DNA of 63,926 nucleotides, counting the filler, from Octopus bimaculoides (taxonomy: Eukaryota): the NCBI RefSeq assembly GCF_001194135.2. It is 4 parts of 3 records of this genome, joined end to end, with 100 filler letters (N's around TTAATTAATTAA, not from the genome) between each part and the next. Parts side by side here need not be neighbours in the genome. Positions count along the whole stretch, not along the records: positions 42,021 to 62,822 come from NC_068990.1; positions 62,923 to 63,926 come from NW_026402144.1; 2 more parts are not named here. The stretch is one strand, 5' to 3'. This document shows positions 51,531-63,926 of this stretch, piece by piece (the first letter of the stretch is position 1; each line of letters starts with the position of its first letter). Both the position numbers and the translations under genes were made by a program. The notes under the pieces were generated by a model. The model saw only the letters and a program-made list of their open reading frames with translations. It did no database searches and was not told the DNA's origin.

Positions 51531-52239
51531 ATGTGTGTGCATTTGTGTATTAAATGTGTGAGTGTGTCTATGTACATATATATATGTGTGTGTGTGTGTG
51601 TGTAATTCTCATACACAAGTGTGGAAACATAAACGCATAAAAGAATATGTCAGATCTTTTTTTGATGAGTTTCTCAAGAAGTTTCAAAATGTCATACACA
51701 TCTGAGAGAGAATTCCTGGCACAGATATGCTGTATCTTTCATTCTAGTGCCAATACTTTGTAGGTGATACCTAGGTAGTAACGATAAAAGAGCTTCATAG
51801 CCAGAGGAAAGACAAGCAATAAATGAACAATCAATGTAGTGAAAAAGTGCATTCATGGCGGCAACTTTCAAAATAAAATATGGTAATGGCTGACTTGCCA
51901 GACAATGTGGCACCAAAGACAGACTTGGAGTGTATGCACTGCGGAGGAGGATAACCATTAACAGATGTAGTCTTCTTAGCCACACATCATTCCCATTACC
52001 ACTGCATCTCACCTGCCAATGCTGTTGTCAAGGTAACTGAACCAATCAGAAATTGTATTGATCCAGCAACGAATGTGAAATTTCTACATCAATTCAACAA
52101 AGTGTTTTTTGAGGATGTATATGGCAGTGGTGGTGGTGGTGGTGGTGGTGGGGACTTGTGATGGAAAGACAATCACATATTTTTAACTGTTGTGTGTAAA
52201 ATACCTGCATAAATATCTATCTATGTATCAGATAGCTGG

Positions 52240-52309
<70 letters not shown>

Positions 52310-52320
52310 ATCACATACAT

Positions 52321-52704
52321 TTACTCTTTTACTTGTTTTAGTCATTTGACTGTGGCCATGTTGGAGCACCTCCTTTAGTTGAACAAATCGACCCCAGGAC
52401 TTATTCTTTGTAAGCCTAGTACTTATTCTCATTTGCCGAACCGCTAAGTTACGGGGACGTAAACACACCAGCATCGGTTGTCAAGCGATGATGGGGAGAC
52501 AAACACAGACACACAAATACACATACATATATACATATATACGACAGGCTTCTTTCAGTTTCCGTCTACCAAATCCACTCACAAGGCTTTGGTCAGCCCG
52601 AGGCTATAGTAGAAAACACTTGCCCAAAGTGCCACGCAGTGGGACTGAACCCGGAATCATGTGGTTGGTAAGCAAGCTACTTACCACATAGCCACTCCTG
52701 CGCC
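52321..52704 (-). mobile_element. SINE-B, full length
   Basis: Collinear with 48436-48862; short internal microsatellite. Confidence 0.95.
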
Positions 52705-52854
52705 TATGAAGAGATGAAAAGAGTAAAACATACACACGGATAACAAAACAAAGACAAATAAATATATAGTAAGTTAAAGAGAAGCAAACACACACACACA
52801 CACATCTGAGTGTGTACATGTGTATCTGAGTATGTGTTTGTATATATGGGTCCA

Positions 52855-53060
52855 TGCATGGCCGAGTGATTAAGAAGGTCATTGTTTCACAATAATGGGG
52901 TAAATGTGTCGTTGATACCACTGCATTGAATCTTAAACAAGTGTCTTCAACCACAATCTAGGATGAACCCAATTTGTGTGAATGAAATTCAGTGGACAGA
53001 AACTGTACAGAAGCCTCTCTGATAGAGTGTATCTGTAATTGAAAGAGTTAGCTTTGTGAC
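52855..53060 (+). mobile_element. Old degenerate CORE-type SINE
   Basis: tggccgagtgattaag head; aacaagtgtcttcaac and gaaactgtacagaagcc segments. Confidence 0.5.
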
Positions 53061-53169
53061 TATCACACTGATTCTGCATCAGAATTATTACTGCTTGAAA
53101 AGGTAGGAGCTGAAAACTGAAAGTGATTGAATGAATGTGATTAAGACTGAATGATACAGCTCAACAGTG

Positions 53170-53730
53170 TTTTAATGTTAGTGACTGTAACATGATGATG
53201 TGTGTAACATGGTGATGTGAGACATTGTGTGACATGGCATGATGTTTGACATGATGTGGTGTGACAAGGTGCCATGTGTAATATGATGTAGTGTGATCTA
53301 GTGACGTGGTGTGAAGTAACATGGTGTAGTGTGATATGGTATAGTGAGATATAATTAAATGTGTGACAGTGTGGAATGACATGTGGTGTAACCAGATTTA
53401 GTATTACATGAAGCTGTGTGACATGATGATTGTGACACAATGTTTGTGAGATGCTTTGCTGTGACATGGCGTGATGTGTGACATGGCGTAATATATGATA
53501 TGGTGTGATAGTGTGAAGAGTGACAAGAAGATATGTGACGCAGTATGGTGTAACATGGCATAATATAATTCAGTGTGATGTTATGATACAGAGATGTGTA
53601 TCATGGAGTAGAGTGACATCATGTAGTGTGACACAGAGTTTATGAGATGGTTTAGTGTGACATGTGACATGGAGATATTTGTAACATGGCATGATGTGAC
53701 AGTGTGATGTGCGATACAGAGATGTATGAC
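53170..53730. repeat. Degenerate GTGTGACAT-type short tandem repeat
   Basis: Recurrent tgtgacatg and gtgtgat motifs throughout. Confidence 0.8.
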
Positions 53731-54299
53731 AGGGTGTAGGTCTATTCTAAGTTGCCATTCCACCTGCTAGAAAAAACTTTAGCGTGTCACTGATGGCAAA
53801 AGCTTCTAAGTGGCTGCACTACATGCCAGACATAGCAGTCAAATATTTTGCAAACTACATCCTGCTCTCTTAGACATCAAAAATACACAATGGATAGTGT
53901 AAGCCAAGATATACAACACCTAGAATAACAGACTGTGTGGTCCTGGCTAGAATGCTTTTGATAACTGGGCTACTTGATCATAAAGGTTGACAACGTATAA
54001 TGAGAACACATGGTTGACTAAACACATACACATGAGAACACACATCTACAAAGAAACACTCTCTCTCTCTCTCTCTCTCTCTCCCTCTCTCCCACCCCTG
54101 TTTCTCTCTTTCTCTGCTTCTGCTATTTCTCTCACTAATTCATTCATTGCAGAAGTCTGCAGTCTTTAACATACAAACATGGTGTATGTGACTAATTCAA
54201 AGAAAATTTCTTGTAAACAGCTGTTAATTAGCTGCTAAAGCTGTGTCAGGGTGGCCATTTATGGCTGCTGCTCATATTTTGGCAGAAAAATCGGTAAAC

Positions 54300-55470
54300 A
54301 ACAACAGTTAGGAATAACAACAACAGCAGCAGTAAATCATCACCATCATCACTATATTCATCACTACAGTCACAACATCTCAACCATCACCATCATCATC
54401 ATCATCCACATCATAAAACCACTCCATTACTACCAGTCTATCTCTGTCACTGCCACTGCAGTCACCAACTCCGACTACCGCCATCAACCACTTCATTAAT
54501 TATTATCACTCATGCACCCTTCATCACCATGCCAAGTCACTACCTTTAGCCACCATCACCAGCTTTCCTCTCATCATCATTATTATCATCACCATCATCA
54601 TCACACGCACCAAACATTATCATTGCACTCCATCAATACCATCACACCCCACTCCTACCACCCCGAACACCTCCACCATACCCCATCATCACAAACATCA
54701 CAGCCCATCATTATCAGCATACACTATCAATGCAACACCAACACCACCACCACCACCACCACCACCACCATTCTGATCACTATCTCCACCAAATATTCTA
54801 ACGCTGTTTGGACAGTGGCCAGTTTCAAACTGTTGGATGTTCAATAAATTTCACAATAAATTTCAAACTTGACAAATCTTCGAGCGATAAGCCTCCCAAC
54901 CAACCAACCAACCAACCAACCACACAAGACAACCCCACTCAGAGGTAGCGGTGGGGAGTGGAGGTGGTGCAATGCATTGTGGTTGCAGAAGGAAATTAAC
55001 GTGTGACAACTGTGATCTGAAATCTGAGGTTCACATTGCCCCACCATCATCGCCACCACCATCATCATCACGCCAATCTTATCATCAACAACCTCCACTA
55101 TCATCATTATTATTATTAATACTGCCGCAAACATTACAGTCATTAACACCACATCGACCATCATTATCAATACCTCTACTCCTTTTATAGCCTTTATCAA
55201 CACCACCACCTCGTTATTGCTATTATCAATACCATTTCCCGCCCCCTCCACGCACACATCATTAATGGCTATTATCATCAACATCTCCACCTTCATGTTA
55301 TTATCAACATCTCCATCACCACCATTGATCATCAACATTTCTACCACATTATTATTATTATCGATATTTACCCCCTCATTATTGCCATTATCAACACCTT
55401 CTCCCTTATTTTGTCAATATCAACATTTCCCCTCACTATTATTATTATCAAATTTCCCCTGCTCCCATCT
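54300..55470. repeat. CAT/CAC/ATT trinucleotide-rich low-complexity region
   Basis: Directly visible; recurrent ttatcaaca motif. Confidence 0.85.
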
Positions 55471-55487
55471 TTAAATTCTGAATTTAG

Positions 55488-55850
55488 ATACCATTGAGGC
55501 TGACTTGGTTTTCCATACCTTTCAGAGACGGTAAGTACCAGTTACACACTGGGATCAATGTAATCAACAAACAACCCTCCCTAAAACTCCCAGGCCTTGT
55601 ACCTAGAATAGAGAGGATTTATTATTATTGGCAAGCTGGCAGAATCGTTAGCAAGCCAGGCAAAATGCTTAGCGGCATTTCGTCCATCTTTATGTTCTGA
55701 GTTCATATTCTGCCAAGGTCGACTTTGCCTTTCATTTTCCCAACGTCGATGAAATAAGTACCAGTTGATCACTGGTGTTGATGTAATCAACTTAGCCCCC
55801 ACCCTCTCCCAAAATTACTGGCCTTGTGGCAAAATTTGAAGCTACTGTTA
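55488..55850 (+). mobile_element. Two head-to-tail SINE-A copies joined by (ATT)n
   Basis: Partial copy 55488-55629 and near full copy 55630-55850. Confidence 0.9.
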
Positions 55851-55861
55851 TCATTATCATT

Positions 55862-56141
55862 ACTGTATTAAAACCCAGGTATAATGGAAAGTATCAGCTG
55901 CCCACAGCCGGTAGACTAAGGTGACCCTAGTTTTACTGATCATGCTTCAAGAACCCTGCAAAGAATTCTTGCAGTTCCAAGCAATGCTGATTTTTGTAGA
56001 AGTTCTACCTTCACACTTGCACCAATCTTTTTCATCCACATTGGTAGTTGAGTGCTGATACTTCTAAGTGCACTAATTATTATTGGTATCACACCTTCTC
56101 TTTTCAATGACCACAGCCTTCACATTTCCCATTTTAAATAG

Positions 56142-56143
<2 letters not shown>
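55862..56143 (-). mobile_element. R4/Dong-type C-terminus plus 3' UTR in a TAA tract
   Basis: Minus 56143-55940: DYLKWEM*RLWSLKREGVIPIIISALRSISTQLPMWMKKIGASVKVELLQKSALLGTARILCRVLEA*; UTR unrelated to that at 59461-59560. Confidence 0.88.
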
Positions 56144-56184
<41 letters not shown>

Positions 56185-56199
56185 CATCATCATCATTTC

Positions 56200-56420
56200 C
56201 AACCTCATTGTTGTCATTATCAACATTTCCACATTTTTTTATTATCATTATCAACTTTTCCACTTTCATCATTATTTTAATCAACACCTCTACAATCATT
56301 TCTAATTATCAAAACCTCCACTTTCACTGTTGTCATTATCAACACCTCCACCCTCATTATTGTCATTATCAAAGACTCCACCCTCATTTTGATCATTATC
56401 AACGCCTCCATTATAATTAT
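56200..56420. repeat. About 30-bp degenerate minisatellite
   Basis: Unit tgtcattatcaacacctccaccctcattat in several degenerate copies. Confidence 0.7.
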
Positions 56421-57040
56421 CAGTGCTGTAATATAATTCATGATGTCAAATCAGAATTTAATAAATCCATTACCATCCACGTTCTTTAAAGACAATGTAT
56501 GAATTCAGCATAACCATTAACATCACAGTAAAGTGAGAATTAGCATAATTAATGCAATAATTCAAGAAATCTTAATTAAAATTTCTATCTTTGATGATAA
56601 AGACAGCTAATTCTAGTCAAAAAATGCAGGGGAGACAATTCTAAATTGAGACAAATTGAGTGATAACAAGAGAACAGTAAGTTCGATCTTTAGTATTGTG
56701 TTGGCATATCCAGACACATTCAGAGTTATTAGGCCTCCTCGATGAAAAATAAGTTAACTGTAGATCTTTGCTGACTTAGAGAAGTATTTAGGATTTTTGT
56801 GAATGGCTGTTGAGTGGCATTATAAAGTAAAAAGCTTCTCACTGACATTCCCTAACCTCAGAAAAATTCATTACTGCCAAATAGTCATCATACTTCACAT
56901 TCTTTATTAAATAAAGTGAATGGAACTTTTTCTTTGAGTAGAATATTGCTTTAAAAAAAAGGTGAAAAGCTCTCATACAAATTTACATGTCAGTACGAAA
57001 GAGCAGCAGAGACTACTTTTATAAAGTGTGTGTGTGTGTG

Positions 57041-57071
<31 letters not shown>

Positions 57072-57362
57072 ACAGAGATAGTCTCAGAGAAGTTCTTATT
57101 GAAACAGTGAACTATCTAGTAAAGTCTGTCATGTCANNNNNNNNNNNNNNNNNNNNNNNNNNNNNNNNNNNNNNNNNNNNNNNNNNNNNNNNNNNNNNNN
57201 NNNNNNNNNNNNNNNNNNNNNNNNNNNNNNNNNNNNNNNNNNNNNNNNNNNNNNNNNNNNNNNNNNNNNNNNNNNNNNNNNNNNNNNNNNNNNNNNNNNN
57301 NNNNNNNNNNNNNNNNNNNNNNNNNNNNNNNNNNNNNNNNNNNNNNNNNNNNNNNNNNNNNN

Positions 57363-57740
57363 TATGTACATACATATATACATACATACATATATATATA
57401 ATACATACATATATACATACACATATATATGTACATACATATATAAATACATATATACATACATATATAAATACATATATACATACATGCATATATACAT
57501 ACATATATAATACATACATATATACATACACATATATATATGTACATACATATATACATACATATATACATACATATATAAATACATACATATATAAATA
57601 CATACATACATAAATACATACATATATAAATACATATATACATACATACATACATAAATACATACATACATATATATATACACACACACATACATATATT
57701 TCTATATGCACAAACACACATATACATTTAGATATATTTC
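57363..57740. repeat. Compound TACA/TA repeat
   Basis: Directly visible. Confidence 0.95.
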
Positions 57741-58124
57741 TATATACCTATCTGTGTGTTGGGGAGGGGTGTATGCGCACCTGGCAATATTTTCATAGAA
57801 CTATAGAAACTATACTTCCATTGCTTTTTCAAATTGCTGATATTATCTGTTGGTTGCCAAACTTCTAACAGAAGTGACATCATTCTTCACTGACAGGGCA
57901 AGGTTTGAATGCACAGGGGCAGATCAGAGCACATAAGGCCTCCTATGACGGCAGTGTCACATTTCTCATCTTTTAACCAACCCAACCCCAAAAGAACAGC
58001 AGGTGAAATTGACCACAGGAAGATTTGAACTCATAGTGCAGAGTGTTGAAACAAATACCACAAGGCATTTTGCCTTACACCCTAATGACTCTTCTAATCT
58101 GCATGCAGCCTTGTATCTTTCTTC

Positions 58125-58325
58125 CTCATTTTTATTTGTTTCGGCCATCAGACTGTGGCCATGCTGGAGCACCACTTTGAAGGATTTAGTCAAACAAATC
58201 AACCCCAGTACTCATGTTTTCAAGTCTTGCACATAGTCTCTTTGTCTCCTTTGTCAAACTGCTAAATTACAACACCAGTTGTCATGTGAGGGTGGTGCTG
58301 GGGAGGGGGGGACAAACACAGACAT
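58125..58325 (-). mobile_element. SINE-B 3' half, degenerate
   Basis: gactgtggccatgctggagcaccac..caaatcaaccccag..gggacaaacacagac. Confidence 0.75.
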
Positions 58326-58398
58326 GTATGTATATATATATATATATATATGGTATATAACTTGTACTCCTAACATTTATGGTAACAACAACAACAAC

Positions 58399-58430
<32 letters not shown>

Positions 58431-58431
58431 T

Positions 58432-59001
58432 AATGGTTTCAAATTTTCCCACAAAGGCAGCAATTTTGGAGGAGGAGAGGGGATGAGTTGATTACATCGA
58501 CCCCAGTGTTCAACTGGTACTTATCTTAATTTGCCACAACGGTATGAATTGGGGGGGGGGAGTATTGGGGACAGCGAGGATTTTGAGAGTGGTACTTAGA
58601 TGTTAAGTATCATGAAAAGAGACCTTATGAGACCCTTGACAACAGGCTGTTGCCAGTTCTGTCAGAATTAGCTAGAACAACTGAAATCAAGAGCTCTGAG
58701 AAGTGAAATAATAATAATAATCCTTTCCAATAAAAGCACAAGGCCTGAAATTTGGGAGGAGGGGACTAGTTGATTATATTGACCACAGTGTTTCACTGGT
58801 ACTTAATTTGCCAACCCTGAAAGGATGAAAGGCAAAGTTGATCTCAGTAGAATTTGATCTCGGAACATAGCGGCAGACAAAATACTGCTAAGCATTTTGC
58901 CTGGAATGCTATCAATTCTATCAGTCTGCTGCCTTAACAACAACAACAGCAACAGCAACAACAATGATGATGATGATATGATGATGATGATGATGATGAT
59001 G

Positions 59002-59039
<38 letters not shown>

Positions 59040-59225
59040 CCTTTCTATTATAGGCACAAGGCCTAAAATTTGGAGGAGGGGTAAGTCGATTATATCAACC
59101 CCAGTACTCAACTGGTAGTCAATTTATTGACCCTGCAAAAGGATGAAAGGCAAAGACAACCTCAATGGAATTTGAAATCAAAACGTGAAGACAGATGAAA
59201 TACAGCTAAACATTTTGCCAGCTCG
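58432..59225 (-). mobile_element. SINE-A cluster in AAT/GAT tracts (58432-58530, 58718-58937, 59038-59225)
   Basis: Family tail, core and B-box motifs in reverse, each next to (AAT)n on plus. Confidence 0.9.
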
Positions 59226-59256
59226 CTTCTTTAATAATAATAATAATTATAATAAC

Positions 59257-59560
59257 AAAGACCTGGAAATAGAGGTAACTCGAATGTGGAATCTAAAAAC
59301 AGAAACAATTCCTATTATAGTAGGTGCCTTAGGTATAATAAAAAAATATTCAAACAAATACATAACAAAAACACCAGGATTTACAAATATATATAACATA
59401 CAGAAAATTGCACTACTGGGCACTGCACACATCCTACGCAAAACACTTTCAATACAGTAAGCATAAGAGCACCACAGCAAACCACAGCACATACCCAAGG
59501 CGCACAGAGCTGCGCTCGGTAGTGAAGTGAAAGCACGTTATAAAAATAAAACTACTGAAT
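59257..59560 (+). mobile_element. R4/Dong-type C-terminus plus 3' UTR in (AAT)n
   Basis: KDLEIEVTRMWNLKTETIPIIVGALGIIKK..IQKIALLGTAHILRKTLSIQ* (stop 59458-59460); (AAT)n on both sides. Confidence 0.93.
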
Positions 59561-59577
59561 AATAATAATAATAATAA

Positions 59578-59795
59578 TACTTTCTAATTTTAGTACAAGA
59601 CCAGCAATTTTGAGGAGACGTGGAAGGCAAATACATCAAACCATGTGTTCAACCAGTACTTGTTTTATCAACGCTGAGAGGATGAAAGCAAACACAAATT
59701 TGGCAGGATTTGAACTCCGAATGCAATGTGTCAGAAGAAATACCACTAAGCATTTACTCTGATATGCTAATGATTCAGCCAATCCACTGCCCTCA
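59578..59795 (-). mobile_element. Degenerate SINE-A
   Basis: gtacaagaccagcaattt tail, gaggatgaaagc core, atttgaactcc B box. Confidence 0.75.
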
Positions 59796-60331
59796 CAGTA
59801 ATCACGATGGTGGTGATGGTTGTGGTGGTGGTGGTGGTGGTAATTCGTTATTATAGTTACCATGATGAGCAATGGATGAAGACACAATACAGTGAGGGCA
59901 TGTTGCAAAAATTGTAGGGAGTGGCTTTATATTGAAATCCAATGAAATAGAAAGGAATTAGCGATGTAGAAGTGGTAAACAATAACAGTTACATGATGGA
60001 GACCTTAGATAGGAGAAACTCCACTGAGGGCCAATCAAGGACCCTTTCAAATCCAGGATTAAACTGGCTCCAATACATACATATAATAAACATAAGCAAA
60101 ACAAAACAGGAGTCTTCACTTCTCGCATATATTTCTATTGATATATCTATTCTTTGTATTTGTCAGTCTAATTATCTGTCTGTCTGTCACACACACATAT
60201 ATAATGCTTATACATACAGGACACACACAGACACATACACACTACATGACATTCCCTAATTATATACATATATATATATATATATACACACACACAGACA
60301 CATACACACTACATGATATTCTCCATTTATG

Positions 60332-60369
<38 letters not shown>

Positions 60370-60992
60370 AGAGAGAGAAGAGAAAGAGAGAGTGAGTAAG
60401 GGAGAAACAGACAGGCAGATAGACATATATAAATATTCACACACGTACATACATATCTATATGCATGCCAATATATATATATATTTATATCTATACACAC
60501 ACACATGCCAATATCATCCCTAATTCCTGCATGAGAAGGGTTCATATTGTTATCTGTTGGGGAATTTGGTTATTTAATTAACATCAAGGTCAGTTATTGC
60601 GCAAATGTGCACACATCGATGCATGTTTTGCAATACATGTTACTTCAGCATACTTCCTTTCATGTGACATTGCTAACAAATGCATATTTAAGGACGCTTT
60701 TCTATTTCTTGTTATGTTCGCATGCATATCTGCATGCGTTCATGTGATGTACGAAATAATAGCTGAAGATGTGTTGGAAATTATGATGAAAACATCGATG
60801 GCTGGCGATGATGATGAGGAGGAGGAGGAGGAGGAGGATGGCAATGACAACAATTATTCAATCTACCGCTGCATATGGAGAGTAGAATTCCCCCAGGCCA
60901 TTCTCGTCATTTGCATCCACATTTAACAGATATACTGGCTAACAGTATCTATCTCTCCAAAAGTAATTCGAAAAATCCAAGGGCACCCATGC

Positions 60993-61434
60993 TCGAGTGG
61001 TTGGCGTTAGGAAGGGGCATCCAGCCATAGAAACCATCACAAATCAGATTCGAATCTGGTGCAGCCCTCCAGTTTACCAGTTTCAGTCAAACCATCTAAT
61101 CCAGGGGTTTTCAAACTGTGGTCCGCGGACTACAGGGGGTTCGCAAGGACAAGACAGCGGGTCCGTGGACAGTAAATACTTTTTATGGGCAATTTGATTT
61201 TATATATGTTTTTTAATCAAAATCTTTTAATTGACAATAAACTTATTTGTTAAATACTGTTAAATAAATAAAAGTAAAAATATATGTTATTTTAAGCAAA
61301 TATTTATGTATAAATTTCATAAGCGTTTATAAGGGGTTCCCTAAGGTAAAGCCTGAAATATAAAGGGGTCCGCAAGTCAAAAAGTTTGAAAACCCCTGGT
61401 CTAATCCATGTCAGCATGGAAAGCAGATGCTAAA

Positions 61435-61450
<16 letters not shown>
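60993..61450 (+). mobile_element. Family D retroposon 3' tail interrupted by a MITE
   Basis: gtggttggcgttaggaaggggcatccagc..cagtcaaaccatctaat | ccatgtcagcatggaaagcagatgctaaatgatgat; homologous to 62245-62342 and 63331-63440. Confidence 0.85.
61102..61398. mobile_element. hAT-type MITE, 297 bp
   Basis: Perfect 16-bp TIR CAGGGGTTTTCAAACT / AGTTTGAAAACCCCTG; 8-bp TSD ATCTAATC (61094-61101) / GTCTAATC (61399-61406). Confidence 0.95.
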
Positions 61451-61466
<16 letters not shown>

Positions 61467-62244
61467 AAACTGGTTGTCTTCAGTCCTATGAATTCAGCTG
61501 TATCATACAATCTCTTAGATGAAAATCCTCGGACAAAAGAAAACTTCCAGCCCTTCTTGGTTAAAGGAAAGTGAAGGCAGGGAGCTTCACGATTCACTCA
61601 GTGGACAGCCAGCTCTGCCCTACACACAACAGCTGTTTATGCGAAGGATGATAAATTTTAGATTGGGGAGAAAAAAGGGGGCATAGATGATTAAATTAAC
61701 TCCAGCAATTCATTAATATTTATTTTATTGACTCCCGGAAAGATGAAAGACACAATCGACCCGCACACAATTAGAACGACGAACAAATTAATGTTGAAAA
61801 GGGTGGGGAAAAAATTAAAACGGAGTCAAATCAAACAGCAAAAATAATTAAATAAACTAGTAACACAAACATTGTCATCATCACCATAATAATCAATCGT
61901 TATCATCATCATTATCATCACCATTATCACCGTTGTCCTGAATTTCCGACACATCTTCAGTTATTATTTCGTACATCACATGAATGCATGCAGATATGCA
62001 TGCAAACATAGCAAGGAATAGAAAAGTGTCCTTAAATATGCATTTGCTAGCAATGCTACATGAAAGGAAGTATGCTGAAGTAACATGTATTGCAAGACAT
62101 GCATCGATGTGTGCACATTTGCGCAATAACTGACCTTGATGTTAATTAAATAACCAAATTCCCCAACAGATAATATGAACTCTTCTCATGCAGGAATTAG
62201 GGGATGATATTGACGTGTGCATGTGTGTGTATGCATGTGCATGT

Positions 62245-62342
62245 ATTGGAGCCTGGTGTAGCCATCTGGCTCGCCAGTCCTCAGTCAAATCGTCCAACCC
62301 ATGCTAGCATAGAAAGCGGACATTAAACAATGATGATGACGA
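62245..62342 (+). mobile_element. Family D 3' tail
   Basis: attggagcctggtgtagcc..cagtcaaatcgtccaacccatgctagcatagaaagcggacattaaacaatgatgatg. Confidence 0.85.
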
Positions 62343-62764
62343 TAATTTGTATAAATCTATGTATATTTATATATACTCACGCACATACACACACACATGT
62401 GCCTATGTAGATGAGGTAGGATGTCCTATATGTGTGCATGTATGTGTTTAAAAAGACAGACATGCAGGTAAATAGACAGATAGACAAACAGACAGATACT
62501 CTGATAAACAGGAAGACTAGATATATCAATAGATCAATTCATGCATGCATGCAAAAGAAAGCTGCTGCTCTGTATTGCTTCTGTTTTCTCTCTTAAGTTT
62601 CTTTTTAGCACTGCATTCACTTTCTGAAATGATTTTAATTCTATCGTGCAATACTTCATTGTAACTATACCAATCTAATATACATACACACATATACATA
62701 CATATGTGCTTGTGCGTGTGTGTATATATATATATATACACACACACACATATACACATGTATA

Positions 62765-62822
<58 letters not shown>

Positions 62823-63048
62823 NNNNNNNNNNNNNNNNNNNNNNNNNNNNNNNNNNNNNNNNNNNNTTAATTAATTAANNNNNNNNNNNNNNNNNNNNNN
62901 NNNNNNNNNNNNNNNNNNNNNNTATAAATATATGTATTTATATATGTGTATATAATTATATGTATTTATATATGTATGTATGTATGTATATAGTCAATCC
63001 AAACATGAAGAAGCAAGAAAAAGCACGAAAAACAACAACGTGAGGGCT

Positions 63049-63202
63049 TTGTATCAGTACAGAGTTATTGGACGTTCAGGAAAGGAAAGAAAAGAAAGAG
63101 GATTTCACGTTTCAAGTGGAGCTTTTCATCAGAAATACAAAAAAAGTCTGAAGAAGGGACGACGGAGAAAGAAAATTGCCAACGATACACACGCAGTCAC
63201 AT
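63049..63202 (-). mobile_element. Penelope-like repeat fragment with hammerhead-like motif
   Basis: Minus 63102-63136: ATTT CTGATGA A AAGC TCC ACTT GAAAC GTG AAAT; homologous to 7555-7710. Confidence 0.7.
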
Positions 63203-63330
63203 ATTGTATATATATATACACACTGTCACATATATGTATGTATGTATGTATGTTTGTATATATGTATATATCTAATATATATGTAAATATATGTATGTAT
63301 ATGTAATATATATGTATATATATAATGTGT

Positions 63331-63755
63331 ATGGGTTTGACGATTTGACTTAGGGCTGGCAAGCCAGAAGGCTGCACCAGGCTCCAATCTGATCTGGCAG
63401 AGTTTCTACAGCTGGATGCCCTTCCTAACGGCAACCAGTCTGAGAGTGAACTGGGTGCTTTTACATGCCACTGGTATGAGGGCTAGTCACACGGTACTGG
63501 CACGGGCCAAGCTCAGAAAGGTGTTTTTTATGTGCCACCTGCACAGGAGCCAGTCCAGCGGAACTAGCAATGACCTCGCTCGAATGGTTTTCTAACATGC
63601 TGCCAGCACAAGTGGTAGAAGGCAATGCTGGTAACGATTACGCTCAAATGGTGCTATTTATGGGCCACTAGCACGGAAGCCAGACGGCTGCTCTGGCAAT
63701 GAACACACTAGACAATGCTGTTAGTGCTCTACTGGCGTTCTCCAGTCATCGAGTA
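63331..63755 (-). mobile_element. Family D element with internal repeats of about 65 bp
   Basis: Reverse of the D tail at 63331-63440, followed by four degenerate tttt..tgccac..gcac units. Confidence 0.8.
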
Positions 63756-63926
63756 TGGTTCAAGTGTGTATGTGTGTATATATATATAATGTATGTATAT
63801 ATATAGATATATGTATATATATATGCGTAAAGTATATATGTGTGTATATGTGTGTGTTTGTGTATATATATATAATGCATATATGTACACACATATATAA
63901 TGTATATATATTTATATTGTATACAT

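Larger units (their letters stand above)
60508..62212. repeat. About 275-bp inverted duplication (60508-60782 and 61941-62212)
   Basis: Manual alignment: 12 substitutions (all transitions) and 2 indels; mirrored by near-identical ORFs 60597..60926(+) and 61893..62126(-). Confidence 0.95.

Noticed and set aside
51660-52130. Complex sequence with ORF 51692..52012
   Set aside because: No recognisable motif in the frames inspected; may be a transposon fossil and needs TBLASTX.

Overview
AT-rich, gap-ridden, repeat-saturated animal DNA. The SINE repertoire and microsatellite density are most consistent with an octopus genome (inference). No intact host gene is visible; the longer ORFs in the track are N-gaps, microsatellites or transposon fossils. 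Decayed DNA transposons include two mariner fragments, a Tc1-like 3' half with DD36E spacing, a Tigger/pogo, a MULE transposase and a hAT-type MITE with perfect TIRs. Decayed retroelements include an L1/Tx1-type ORF2 fragment, several R4/Dong-type RLE pieces, about 40 tRNA-derived SINE copies in several families (labelled A-D here) and a tRNA-His relic. Main observations: (1) eight minimal type-I hammerhead-ribozyme-like motifs with three palindromic stem-III types, one with an intact core at 22967-23050 (minus); (2) (TAA)n tracts shared by R4/Dong elements and SINE-A in opposite polarity; (3) a SINE-A variant whose tail is twice followed by its own head motif; (4) several inverted duplications able to form dsRNA.
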